Shown here one piece after another: positions 1-12,660 of a DNA stretch of 64,000 nucleotides. Under the pieces are notes generated by a model. The model made no database searches, was not told the origin of the DNA, and saw nothing but the letters and a program-made list of their open reading frames with translations. A program made the translations under genes and the position numbers. This DNA is from Octopus sinensis (taxonomy: Eukaryota). Location of the stretch: NCBI RefSeq assembly GCF_006345805.1, contig NC_042997.1:174964001-175028000 (forward strand), written 5' to 3'. Numbering within the stretch: position 1 is the stretch's first letter; each line of letters opens with the position of its first letter.

Positions 1-425
1 TCCCAATGTATAAACATTGAATTCTGTATTGTTTTATGCTCGAGATAGTTTACAACGACATTAGTAAACTAAAAAAAAAAATCGATCGAAGTAAGCAGAC
101 ACGTCATTAAAATATACTCTGCTTCTTCCAAAGTAAGCTCGACAGACCACAGAGAATGTTTCGCTAGTTGGATATTATCATTAAGTGTATAGCGAAGAGG
201 AAATTTACAAGCCACCAACTGAGATTTAGCGATATCTTATCTAAATTTTTTTTCGAGAACTGCTGATTTCAGAAACTTTAGTACCCCATGAACCTCAAAC
301 TATATGTAGTAAGTGGAAAACCACGTTACCAGGAAAGAGAAAAGATATTAGAAATAAGATTGTCCTCTTTAAGTTTGCAAACCGTATATTATCAATATGA
401 TACTGTCGAAGTTATGAATACTATA

Positions 426-478
426 TGTGTGTGTGTGTGTGCATGTGTGTGTGTGTGTGCGTGTGTGTGTGTGTGTGT

Positions 479-517
<39 letters not shown>

Positions 518-524
518 GTGTATA

Positions 525-563
<39 letters not shown>
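426..563. repeat. Compound (TG)n/(TA)n microsatellite
   Basis: Directly visible dinucleotide runs; they produce the spurious CV/YI ORFs at 288-633. Confidence 0.95.
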
Positions 564-564
<1 letters not shown>

Positions 565-849
565 AGGTTAATCCAAACGGGAAAACAGAAAAAACAACAA
601 CACGTGGAACAATTACAGTATAATTATTATTAGGCGCTCAGGAAAATAAAATTTTTCGAAAAAGTTTTTATCAATGGCCAGCATATTAAAAAATACCTTT
701 AAAGGTTAAATTTATAAACAACTTATAAACACGTGCTTATAGTGATGAATTATATGGTTATAGACGATTTAAGTTGATTTTCGGCATATTTGGCATTAGA
801 ATTTTTTTCTTTTGCCCTTGTTTATAAGTTGTATATATATATATAATAG

Positions 850-2330
850 AGCTGTCTATGTACGGACCAAAATTAACCAGAGACATACAGCCTAACGGAA
901 GCACCCAAAATCTCTCCAATCTGAATTTCCACAAAGCAGACTGGAAATGGATCCAAAAAGAGATCCTCAGACCGGACTGGCCGAAATGTCTCTCCACACC
1001 AGACGTTGGCATGAAACTAGAATATTCCATATCTGCTATGCAAAACATATGCCAGAAATATGTCACAGAGCACAAGGCCAACACAAAAGGAACAAGATTC
1101 CAAGGGAGAGGAAGATCCTCATGAGACGACAGACTAAGGTTGCAAATCACTTCAACCAACATCCCAAAAGTAGTGAAATGTCCCACCTAAAAACAACACT
1201 GATGGAGATTGAAAAAAGGCTACAACAATCCTATGTGAGGGAGAAAGCAGACAAAGAAGTCTGGGTTATAAAAACAGTAAGTCAAACCCAAAGGCTTTCT
1301 TTCGTTATGCTAAAGAAACAGCCTCAGTGCGCTGCAAGATAGGACTCCTCTTCCAAAAGGATGGCTCCCTCACAGATAGTCCAACAAGGATCAGTGTGCT
1401 ACTGAATGACCAGTTTAAAAGTGTCTTTACCACTCCATTGGAACATAGACAAGTGAATGAACCGGTGGATTTCTTTGCCGCTTCACCTATAACCAGCGAG
1501 GCAGTTACGATGAATTACATCGACATTAGTGAAGAAGATATACTACTAGCCATAGATGAGGTGGACGCAAACTCAACTGCTGGTCCTGATGGTTTCCCAG
1601 CAATTCTCCTCAAATTATGTAATCGTGCCCTGGCGAAACCACCACAGATTCTCTTCCAGAGCTTTCTTGCAAATGGCAGGCTGCCAAGTAAACTGAAGGA
1701 GGGAATAATATGCCCAATACATAAAGAAGGAAACAGAACAGATGCCAAAAATTATAGGCCTGTCTCTCTGACTTCACACATCAGCAAAGTCATGGAACGG
1801 ATAGCCAGAAGGAAACTAATCGCATTCCTTGAAGAAAACGACTTGCTGAGTGATACCCAGCATGGCATTCGACCAGGTGGGAGCTGCCTGACCCAGCACT
1901 ATCACTGGGTGTTGAGGTAGTTACTCAATAACTCTCAAATGCGGACATAATATAACTTGATTTTGCAAAAGCTTTTGATAACGTGGATCATGGTATGATA
2001 TGCCACAAACTGTGTGACCTCAGCATAGCTGTAAAACCTGAAGCGTGGTTACATAACTTTCTGAAAGATAGAAGTCAGGTAGTAGTGGCCAATGAAGCCA
2101 CCTCAAAGAAAATGCAAATAGTGAGTGGTGTTCCACAGGGCACTATAGTGAGACCACTGCTTTTCATAGTGGCTGTCTCAGATATGCCCTCAGCTGCTCC
2201 GATAGCCACCCTTACTAGCTACGCAAACGATACGAAAGTCTCGCGGAAAATACAGAACCCCAGCGAAGTTGCACACCTGCAGCAGGAGTTGGACTCAGTT
2301 TACAAATGGGCTGAGGACAATTATCAGTAT
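850..2330 (+). mobile_element. Degenerate CR1/L2-type LINE ORF2 fragment (post-endonuclease linker plus reverse transcriptase)
   Basis: Successive frameshifted ORFs carry LNFHKADW, GPDGFPAILLK, IICPIHKEGNRTDAKNYRPVSLTSHISKVMERI, QHGIRPGGSCLTQ, SGVPQGTIVRPLLF and YANDT (degenerate YADD). Confidence 0.9.
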
Positions 2331-3059
2331 GAATGCGAAATTAGTAAAAACAACGAAAGGAATTAATACCGTATTAATTCGTATCATTGTTTTTACTAAT
2401 TTTACATTCATATTAATAAACTGTTAGACCATTTCTAACCCTAACTGTCTTACTTCCTAAATGTCCGAATATGTTCTTCTCTTAATATTTATTTCATATT
2501 ATTGTTTTAATATAGTATTTACTACCTTAATCGTTTTAGGGCCCCTTACAACATCCATCTTCTTATTCATTTATTTATTTATCTTACACCGTATAACGGT
2601 GTCAATAGCTGGTCTTTTGTTTTCAAATTTCAACTGACTAAATACATCGAACGTTGGACCTTGGCCTATCTTACTTCGGACAACAGGTGGAAGGGCTTAA
2701 CTACCTACTGGTAAATAAATAAATTGTATCTAACCGATTAGCACTTTATTAATACTATCAATTAGTACTACAAACATAACTATTATAAATTATTATGATT
2801 AATGTAAAACCTTACTGTACCTACATCCCTTCTCCGACTAAAACCCATTGGCGTATCCCACTATTATTTTTTGTTTTTATATTATCTATTCATCCTACCC
2901 CCCCCCCCTCAACTCCCTTATAAAGGGTTAACCCACCAATTGCTATTTTGGTTTAGTCTTTTACTTAACAGCCCAAAGAGACACACAAGCAAAATGGTAT
3001 GATTACAACCATATTCAACTTTTCCCATTTTCTTCTCTATGCTCTTTTTCTCTATTTAT

Positions 3060-3186
3060 TCTTCACTCTGATGAAGCTCCTTGTTTCAGATTGGTTTTAA
3101 TACCAAATGTGATTAATATTTTTACATATTTTTGCACACCAATGGCAATACCAAACATTGGAAGCAGAAACATTTGTTAGATGGGG
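3060..3186 (+). ncRNA. Type I hammerhead ribozyme-like motif with long stem II insert (PLE pseudo-LTR)
   Basis: CTGATGA 3068-3074; stem II base GCT/AGC flanked by A and A; GAAA 3167-3170; stem III ACA-TT-TGT; GUU site at 3178; stem I TTCACT/AG(A)TGGG with one bulged A. Confidence 0.6.
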
Positions 3187-3579
3187 TGTAGTCTATTTGC
3201 ATTGAATTAATAAATAACATTCTTCCTTCTTTCTTTCCTTTTCTTCTCCATTGACACTCCTTTCAGATACACAGACACAAACACACACACACATACACAC
3301 ACACACACTCTCTCTCACTTTCTCCCCATTTCTCACCCTCTTTTACTATCCTACATCTCTCCCCACCCCTACACACGCAATAATACTATAAAATGAGACG
3401 AATCCTCCCAAACAAATTCAAATCTGGAGATTCTATTAGAGTAGATGCAAGTGCTAATATTTAATTTATAAAAACATGTGACATATTAATAAAAATTGTA
3501 AATGTAAAATCATCCAGATTTCTGAGTGCCTTATTTCTTCTAATATATATAATACTGTACATCATCTCCAAACCTTCTA

Positions 3580-3649
<70 letters not shown>

Positions 3650-3790
3650 AGTAGTTGAATGAATTATCTTATTAAGGATAATTCGAAAGATAACCGATAC
3701 CTGGGTAGCAAATTCACATCAGAAAGAACACGGTTGAAGCTACGTCCCTAGGGCATAGACTACGTGTCTTCGTGCGGAAATTTGTATGTT

Positions 3791-3933
3791 TATTTTAAAA
3801 TTATAAGTATATGAAAGAATGGAGTTGAACGACTAGTTAACAAATATCCTGTCGAAACATATGTCGAGAATAAAGGATATTTGTTAACTAGTCGTTCAAC
3901 TCCATTCTTTCATATACTTATAATTTTAAAATA
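3791..3933. repeat. Perfect 60-bp inverted repeat with 23-nt spacer, between (TA)n tracts
   Basis: 3791-3850 is the exact reverse complement of 3874-3933; the spacer contains GAAACATATGTC. Confidence 0.95.
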
Positions 3934-4029
3934 CATATATATATATACATATATATATATACATAAGGCGGGTGCTCAGCATGGCCGCAGTCAATGACTG
4001 AAACAAGTAAAAGAGTAAAAGAGTATAAC

Positions 4030-4073
<44 letters not shown>

Positions 4074-4749
4074 CCCTTCTACGTTTCTCTATCTCTCTCA
4101 CCTCCAGTCCCTCGATCTGTCTCTTCTTCTCCTCCCTCGTCACCTTCTCTCTCTCTTCATCTGTCCCTTTCTCCTGTCTTTTGTTCTCACGTGACCGCTA
4201 GCCACTGCTGGGCGCCCTTTTCGTTCCAGCAGTCGTCGAAGCAACACGTATTTGTTCGTCTCCCTGCGGCCATTAGGCACTACTTCATAAGCCAGCCCCA
4301 ACTCAACTCGTCCTGTCGAAAGACCCTTGTCCTACGTCCTGGTTTTGTTTTGTTTTTTATCTTTACCGTTATTGTTTTTACGTTTTTGTATTCTTATTCG
4401 TGCTTTCCTTATTGGTGTCACGTATTATGTATTTTTGTTCGTGTACTTCGTTCGTTTTCCGTCCTCGTGTTGTATACATTCGAAGCTTTCTTCCAAGGGA
4501 TCTAATGCGCTTGGCTTAGATTTTCCTTTGGGGGGCTGCCCAGATCGGAGCAATCTCAAGATTAATCAGCCGAAATTGCGAAGATGATCTGGTTCTTGAC
4601 TGATGACTGAGGGCTTCGAATGTCCCGTCCTGTGGTTCTTGTGTCGTCTCTTTGGTGTTTCATGTTCTTGTCCATGTCTCATTTATTTTTTACTGTTTAC
4701 ATATAATATAATATATATATATATATTATATATATATATATATATATAC

Positions 4750-4945
4750 AGGGAGCGCTTACGAAAAAAAAACAAAAGACGAAGACAGGTGGTGTACAAA
4801 ACAAACAGTTGTTTAGTATAACCGCTCAGGAATAGAAAAAGTATTTTTATTTTCATGTTTCGAGCCTCGCTCTTCTACAGAAAGGGACAAGAAAAAACAA
4901 GGATGAGAGAGAAAAAATGTGTATAGTGGCTAACGATCTATCATG
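4750..4945 (-). mobile_element. ~200-bp TA-embedded element with variant hammerhead motif (copy 1 of 4)
   Basis: Homologous to 24797-24980, 47217-47423 and 63400-63595; minus strand CTTT-CTGTAGA-A-GAGC(GAG)GCTC-GAAACAT at 4851-4884. Confidence 0.75.
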
Positions 4946-4955
4946 GTGACTGATT

Positions 4956-5001
<46 letters not shown>

Positions 5002-5914
5002 TTTTCTAGTTTCAGCTCAGAGCTGCGCCCATGCTGATGCACCGCCGTTTTGTGCTACATTGTTATTGCGACGAACCTCGTCTAATATGTGGCACTTGGT
5101 GAAGAATGGAGTTTGATACAGCTACTCTCATTTGAACCTCTTGCCGTGAGGTAGGTTCATCTGGGACTCTTGACAGGAAGATGTCCAGCTTTGATTTAAA
5201 AACCGCTACATCTACTTTGTGCAAGTTCCTCACTCATTCACTCACACAAACACACATACTCATACACATAAACACAAGTATCCGTCCACCAAGATGAATT
5301 TGCCCATTTCGTTGCTTACGAGACCGGTGGAATATGTAACTGACCAAATGCAAAATATATATTTGGGAGCCATGCACCAGCATATCCGCATTTCAGAGAA
5401 TCAAAGTAAAAGGAGAGAACATACATACACACCTTATTAAACAGGGACAGACAGAGTCATATTGTTAGTTAGTTTTATATTTCACTCATTTTTAGTAAAG
5501 CCTATTAACGTCTTCTTATCTCGGTATAAATTTTTTTTATATATATATTGTTAGCTATCAACGTAAACAAACAAATCTTCATCGTTTACTTTGTACCTCG
5601 TAAATTTATTTTCTAAAGAAACGTGATAGGAAATATATTATTGCTAACTTCATTTAGTAATGCTAATTAACAACATTTTATCTCATTTAGTAAAATCTTA
5701 TTTCGCGACCAACATCAACATAAACAAATGCATGACGTTTACACTGTACTTTCGTAAACATTCTTATACAGAAACGTGAGAGGAAATATTTTAATTTTTC
5801 CTGATAGACAGAGGTAACGTAAGTAAAATTCTATATTTCATTTCATTCGGTTACGAAAAAAGTAGCATTTACCATCAAACGGAAGCAAACACACGAAGCT
5901 TACACCTAACTTTT

Positions 5915-6133
5915 CTTTTACTTGTTTCAGTCATTTGACTGTGGCCATGCTGGAACACCGCCTTTTAGTCGAGCAAATCGACACCAGGACTTATTCTTTG
6001 TAAGCCTAGTATTTATTCTATCCGTCTCTTTTGCCGAACCGCTAAGTTACGGGGACGTGAACACTCAAGCATCGGTTGTCAGGCGATGTTGGGGGGGGGG
6101 GGCAAACACAGACACACAAACAATACACACACA

Positions 6134-6181
<48 letters not shown>

Positions 6182-6330
6182 GACGGGCTTCTTTCAGTTT
6201 CCGTCTACCAAATCCACTCACAAGACTTTGGTCGGCCGAGGCTATAGGAGAAGACATTTGCCCAAGATGCCACGCAGTGGGACTGAACCCGGAACCATGT
6301 GGTTCGTAAGCAAGCTACTTACCACACACC
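5915..6330 (-). mobile_element. tRNA-derived SINE, family B (TGTGTGGTAAG head, internal TA/TG tract, GACTGAAACAAGTAAAAG tail)
   Basis: Close match to copies at 9164-10908, 12315-12660, 44905-45310, 51287-51715 and 58075-58875. Confidence 0.9.
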
Positions 6331-7100
6331 CACTCTTCTTTATAGATCCAAACCTAAGGTAAACCATCTTTTTTTTTTTTTTTTAGATCTCATCTCCTTT
6401 TGCATTTTGTTTTCTTTTATTGTCTCGGTTATTATCTCTTCTCATTTTATTATTCCGCCTCATTTCATTATCTCATACAGGCAAACTACTTTCAACTGTT
6501 TTATAATCCCTTTGTAAACTATAAACAACAAGAATCAGAGAAATTTGTTATCTTAAGAATTCAATTTTCATTCTAAATTACTCTACCTTCTCTTCCGATC
6601 GTGCAACAACCTAACAAATATCTCTTCATCTGGTGGGTGCCAACAATGTCGACTTCAGTGAAGGAGAAAGAGAAATTTTGTAAAACAAAATATTCAAGAT
6701 AAAGAGAAACTAGCAAATGAAAGAAATACTTTTGCTTTTAATGGCGTGGAAATTAGTGAAAGGCGCTCTGCCCAATAATCAGGTTGCACAGGAATTAGAG
6801 AGCTTTGGCTTCTGTAGATCAACAGCAGAAATAGAATGAAAAAAGAAAGAATTCATTTGTTTTTATGCCCTCTACCTCACCAATAACGTGAAACTTATCC
6901 GCAATGTGAAGGTGTCGCCAACGATTTTCTCAGACAACATAATAGTACTAAAAATGAATATATGGTCCAAAATTAAACAATGCTGTATACCACAGAGGAA
7001 GCTCCCAGACCTTAACCATATTGCATTTCTAGAATGCTGACTGAAATTCGGTTCAAAAAGAGATTCTAAAACATAATGCAGGAGTACAGCATAATATTTA

Positions 7101-7277
7101 GGGAGTTACTCGATTACATCGACCCATGCTCAACTGATACTTATTTTATCGACCCCCTAGGATAGAAAGACAAAGTCGACCTCGGCGAAATTTGAACTCA
7201 GAACGGAAATACTTATGAAATGCCATTAAGCATTTTGACCGACGTTTTCCAGCCGGTGTTTCTGCCAGTTCGCCGCT
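7101..7277 (-). mobile_element. tRNA-derived SINE, family A (GGCGGCGAGCTGGCAGAA head)
   Basis: A-box/B-box head (GAGTTCAAATT) and GTCGACTTTGCCTTTCATCC body shared with many copies. Confidence 0.85.
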
Positions 7278-8268
7278 TTACTTCAATAAGTAAATGCATT
7301 AAGTTTGTCCCAAAGCAAATGCATTAAGTTTGTCCCATAGAGAAGAGCCAGTGCACACAAAAACATTATTTTCCGAGACAGAAGAGTCCTTATAAAATAG
7401 AGAAGATCTCAAATCGCTGAAATAAAAACAACATAATGACAGCGAAAAGTTCCATCTCAAAAAAGTTACTTTGAGAGATCGAAAATAAACTCAGACTCCT
7501 CCATGAAAAAGAAAAGGAAGGAGTACGCAGGGCAGCCTAAAATATAAAAACAAATCATGAGGCCTTCTACATAACTGCAAAAGAATCTATTTCAGTGCGC
7601 TATAAAATAGGTCTACTGTTTGAAGAAAATGGCTCACTAACTGCAAACCCCATAAAGGAAATACTAAATAAACTATTCCGAAATCTTTACACTTCTCCAC
7701 TTGGAGATATGAAAATAAGTCTGATGAGTTCTTCAGCACCGCAGATCCACATAGGGAAGAGAGGAACCATTGATTACATCGACATAAAAGAAGAGAATTT
7801 AATATCGGCCATTGATAAAATGAACTTGAATTCAGCAACGAGCCCCGATACTTTTTCAATTATTATTTAAAGGACATGCAAGACGGCTCCCGCGAATCCA
7901 CTGCAAATTCTTTTCCAGAGTTTCCTTACATATGGCAAACTTCCCAAAATGTTAAAAGGAGGAGAGTGCCCTCTCCGTAATGGAGAAATCAGAGTAGATG
8001 TTAAATATTACAAGCGTCTCTCTCTTTGATTTCACATGTTAGCAAAGTCACGGAACGCATTATCAAAAGAAAGCTGATCACAATCCAAGAAATCAGTAAC
8101 TTACTCACTAACACGCAGCATGGCTTCCGTCCAAAAAGAAACTACTTTACACAGCTACTATAGCTTTATGACTGGATGCTGAAACAACAGTTCGACCATT
8201 CAAATGTAGATGTGATATATACTAACTCTGCCAAAGCTTTCTGTAAATTTGATTACGGTGGGGTGGGA

Positions 8269-8684
8269 TACCTATTTCTTAACTACCCACAAGGGGCTAA
8301 ACATAGAAGGGACAAACAGGGACAGACAAACGGATTTAGTCGATTACATCGACCCCAATGCGTAACTGGTACTTAATTTATCAACCCCGAAAGGATGAAA
8401 GGCAAAGTCGACCTCGGCGGAATTTGAACTCAGAACGTAATGGCAAACAAAATACCTATTTCTTTATTACCCACAAGGGGCGAAACATAGAGGGGACAAA
8501 CAAGGACAGACATAGGTATTTAGTCGATTACATCGATCCCAGTGCGTAACTGGTACTTAATTTATCGACCCCGAAAGGATGAAAGTCAAAGTCGACCTCG
8601 GCGGAATTTGAACTCAGAACATAACGGCAAACAAAATGCCGCTAAGCATTTCGCCTGGCACGCTAACGTGTCTGCCAGCTCGCC
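8269..8684 (-). mobile_element. Tandem family A SINEs
   Basis: Two consecutive GTCGACCTCGGCGGAATTTGAACTCAGAAC bodies with the CCCACAAGGGGC tail module. Confidence 0.9.
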
Positions 8685-9317
8685 GGGGGGAAATACTACA
8701 AGCTGCGTGACCTTGGTTTCGTCGGAAAATTAGGAGAGTGGCTGCATGACTTATTAAAAGTCAGACAGTTGCAGCCAATGGTGCTCCCTCGGGCATCAAT
8801 TCTAAACGACCTCCCTCTTGGAACTGTACTGAGACCACGACTGTTCGTGCATCAGTCCCTTTCACTAACTTCGCTGATCATAGAAAAGTATCATAGGCAG
8901 ACAGATGCCCATTATGATCACAGCATAACGTCAAACAAAAAGCGGAACTGGAGGCAATGCAGCGTCATGCACCAAGAAGATTTCGTCTCTGCAACATATG
9001 AGTTACATGAAGACACAAAAAGAAACGAGTCAATAGGCAAAAGATAAGTAAAAAAAAATAATCTAACACTGTAATAGCTTAGGGTTCAAGGGTCCACAGC
9101 TTTTCAATACATTGCCAAAACAAACTTGGTGATCTACGATGCGTAGATAAGGATTATTATTAAGTGGGTGTGTGGTAAGAAGCTTGCTTACGAACCACAT
9201 GGTTCCGGGTTCAGTCCCACTGCGTAGCACCTTGGGCAAGTGTCTTCTACTATAGCCTCTGGCTGACCAAAGCCTTGTGGGTGGATTTGGTAGACGGAAA
9301 CTGAAAGAAGCTCGTCG

Positions 9318-9351
<34 letters not shown>

Positions 9352-9494
9352 ATATATATAATTTTAGAAATAGCAGCCAAAAAAACTTTTCTAAAACTAT
9401 TTCTAATACTTAAAGAAAACCTCTCTCATATAGTGTTTGCTCAATTCAACTCACGAAAGTATGGGGGTAGAGACATTAAAAAATCAAATGCAAA

Positions 9495-9560
9495 GGTTAT
9501 TTGAGAACGTACGTTTCAAGATTAGTCAAACTCGACATTTCTATCATCAGCTCAGAACTC
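9495..9560 (-). ncRNA. Type I hammerhead motif, mirror copy in the left palindrome arm
   Basis: Reverse complement of 10179-10242; TCATCAG at 9544-9550. Confidence 0.7.
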
Positions 9561-10178
9561 CCTGGTTTGGATTTGAAAACACTGAAAGTGGAGCATACCC
9601 TTTCGGCTTCTTATCGCTTCTGAAGATCTGCTCGAACTAACAGTGCCAGCAAACTCAAAAATGCAAGCGAAGAATTTCTGCTCTCCCCTTTCCACCAGCG
9701 TGGGTTAAAATCAGTAAACACTATGCTTTTTTCGGTAAAATCCGAGGCATTATATAGAGAGAGATGAATTATAATTTCAACAATTGAGGGTAAAATTAAT
9801 TAATTAATCAATTTCACCAAGTATTCAGTATGCAAGGGACCATTTAAGGCGAATTCAAATTATATAATGTAATAATTGAATTCGCCTTAAATGGTCCCTT
9901 TGCATACTGAATACTTGGTGAAATTGATTAATTAATTAATTTTACCCTCAATTGTTGAAATTATAATTCATCTCTCTCTATATAATGCCTCGGATTTTAC
10001 CGAAAAAAGCATAGTGTTTACTGATTTTAACCCACGCTGGTGGAAAGGGGAGAGCAGAAATTCTTCGCTTGCATTTTTGAGTTTGCTGGCACTGTTAGTT
10101 TCGAGCAGATCTTCAGAAGCGATAAGAAGCCGAAAGGGTATGCTCCCACTTTCAGTGTTTTCAAATCCAAACCAGGGA

Positions 10179-10242
10179 GTTCTGAGCTGATGATAGAAAT
10201 GTCGAGTTTGACTAATCTTGAAACGTACGTTCTCAAATAACC
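10179..10242 (+). ncRNA. Type I hammerhead ribozyme motif with palindromic stem III
   Basis: TGAG-CTGATGA (10187-10193); stem II T-AGA-AAT-GTC(GAGTTT)GAC-TAA-TCT-T; GAAA 10220-10223; ACGTACGT palindrome; GUU site at 10231; CTCA pairs with TGAG. Confidence 0.7.
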
Positions 10243-10516
10243 TTTGCATTTGATTTTTTAATGTCTCTACCCCATACTTTCGTGAGTTGAATTGAGCAAA
10301 CACTATATGAGAGAGGTTTTCTTTAAGTATTAGAAATAGTTTTAGAAAAGTTTTTTTGGCTGCTATTTCTAATGAGTTCAGTATGCGGCAAAGTAATTTA
10401 TTTTACTAAGCCCTTTTATATAATGTAATAATTTGAATTCGCCTTAAATGGTCCCTTTGCATACTGAATACTTGGTGAAATTGATTAATTAATTAATTTT
10501 ACCCTCAATTGTTGAA

Positions 10517-10618
<102 letters not shown>

Positions 10619-11279
10619 TGTATGTATGTATGTATGTATGTATGTATGTATGCATGTATGTATGTATATATGTATGTTTGTATGCATGTGTATATGTTTG
10701 TGTGTCTGTGTTTGTCTCCCTCAACATCGCTTGACAACCGATGCTGGTGTGTTTACGTCCCCGTAACTTAGCGGTTCGGCAAAAGAGACCGATAGAATAA
10801 GCACTAGGCTTACAAAGAATAAGTCCTGGGGTCGATTTGCTCAACTAAAGACGGTGCTCCAGCATGGCCACAGTCAAATGACTGAAACAAGTAAAAGAGT
10901 AAAAGAGTATAATAACAAACGAATCCGCAGCACGGCAAGAAACGCAAATAAGGGATGCTTTCACCAACTCACTGCTTCACCAGAGCCAAACCCGGAGAGG
11001 AGGACGGGAAAGCGAGCGCAAATAAACTAGCAATATTACAAAGGGCGGTGCCACACCATGGCCTCAACCCTGTGTGAAACGAGTAAGAAAAATAATACAA
11101 GTATGAGAGTGTGGGGGTTAAAAAAGAAGGAAAAGAGAGAGGGGAAGACTGAGAGAGAGAAGATGGATGCCCGGATAGATTAATGGATGGATGACGGGAC
11201 AGCTGGATGGATGCCTGAATCGTAGAAGGATAATACATTTGTAACAAAACAAGGACGTGTCCAAAATACTCATTCAGTT

Positions 11280-11670
11280 GCGCGTGTATGTGCGTGTGTG
11301 TGTGTGTGTGTTTGTGCATGAAAGTGTGTGTTCGTAGTCTAGTGTGTGTATGGGTGTATGGGTGCGTATGTATGTGTAATGTGTATGCGCAAGTGCGCGT
11401 GTGTGTAGTGCGTGTGCGCAAGTGTGTATGTATGTATAGTGTGTGTGTGTGTGTAGTGCGTATGCGCGAGTGTGTATGTGCGTGTGCGTGTGTGTGTGTG
11501 TGTTTGTCTGTAGTGTCTGTAGTGTCTGTGTGTCTGTAGTGTGTGTGCGCAAGTGTGCGTGTGTGTATGTTTAGTGTGCATGTTTAGTGTGCATGTGTAT
11601 GTGCAAGTGTGTGGGTGTATGTTTGTGTGTGTGGGTGCGTGCGTGTGTGCATGTGTATGTGTGTGTCCAC
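11280..11670. repeat. Degenerate TG/CA-rich simple repeat
   Basis: Directly visible; source of the overlapping CV/HT ORFs. Confidence 0.9.
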
Positions 11671-12134
11671 AAGGAGTGTATACCAATCACCAGGCTACGA
11701 GAAAAATTGCCTCACTAATATTGGAGGAAAAAATAAATTACAGGTCGAAAGGAAAAGGGGAATAACTTTAATTATCTCCCTTACATCGGAGCTTTTTGTT
11801 TCACTGAAATTTAAGCATTTAAACATATCTATACGCAAACATATTTACGCACACACACACTCACACAAATACATTAGCATGTATGTGCACGCGTGTGTGT
11901 ACATATACAAATGTATTTTTTATACATCAATGTCGAATTGTATATTGTCTCACACGACACACAGCCACACTCACATTCTCACAGACATTTGTGTGTGTGT
12001 GTGTGTGTTTAAATATAGTGTAAGATAATATAAAACTTGTAACTTAATATAAATGAATATATGAGTATACATTTACATATGTATACACACGCGCGCTCGC
12101 ATAAATGCATGTTTATATATGTGTGCGCCTGAGC

Positions 12135-12167
<33 letters not shown>

Positions 12168-12314
12168 GTGTGTGTGTGCATTTGTATTATATATATATAT
12201 ATGCCTAACTATTTAACTATGTACGTGTATACGCTTTTCAATGCATTTATGTATTATAAATATGCATGTATATATATTTATATCTATATTTATATATACA
12301 CGCTAAATATGTAT

Positions 12315-12660
12315 AGGCGCAGGAGTGACTGTGTGGTAAGAAGCTTGCTTCCCAACCACATGGTTCCGTGTTCAGTCCCCGGGCTGACCAAAGCCTTTGA
12401 TTAGGATTTGGTACACGGAAACTGAAAGAAGCCCGTCATACGCACACACATACTATACGTGTGTGTGTGTATTTTGTGTCTGTTATTGTTTCCCCACCAT
12501 CGCTTGATAACCTATGTTGGTGTGTTTACGCCCCCGTAATCTAGCAGACCGATAGAATAAGTACTAGGCTTGCAAAGAATAAGTCCTGGGGTCCATTTGT
12601 TCGACTAAAGGCGCTGCTCCAGCATGGCCGCAGTAAAATGACTGAAACAAATAAAGGAAT
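12315..12660 (+). mobile_element. Family B SINE
   Basis: GGCGCAGGAGTGACTGTGTGGTAAG head through the GACTGAAACAA tail. Confidence 0.9.

Larger units (their letters stand above)
6830..9150 (+). mobile_element. Highly degenerate CR1-type LINE remnant interrupted by SINEs
   Basis: Collinear with 850-2330: KIGLLFEENGSLT (7595 ORF), QHGFRPK-like segment near 8115, LPLGTVLRPRLFV (8769 ORF), and YCNSLGFKGPQLFNTLPK near 9068-9120, which matches the LINE 3' end at 28901-29490. Confidence 0.75.
9364..10372. repeat. ~1-kb near-perfect palindrome (arms ~500 bp, 10-nt spacer)
   Basis: 9364-9862 is the reverse complement of 9873-10372; the five differences I found are all single-base homopolymer indels. 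Confidence 0.95.

Noticed and set aside
718-832. 14-bp inverted repeat ACAACTTATAAACA
   Set aside because: Short and AT-rich; it may be a decayed PLE fold-back but no ribozyme core can be supported.
4594-4630. CTGATGA...CGAATGTC hammerhead-like motif
   Set aside because: GAAA is incomplete and neither stem I nor stem II pairs convincingly.
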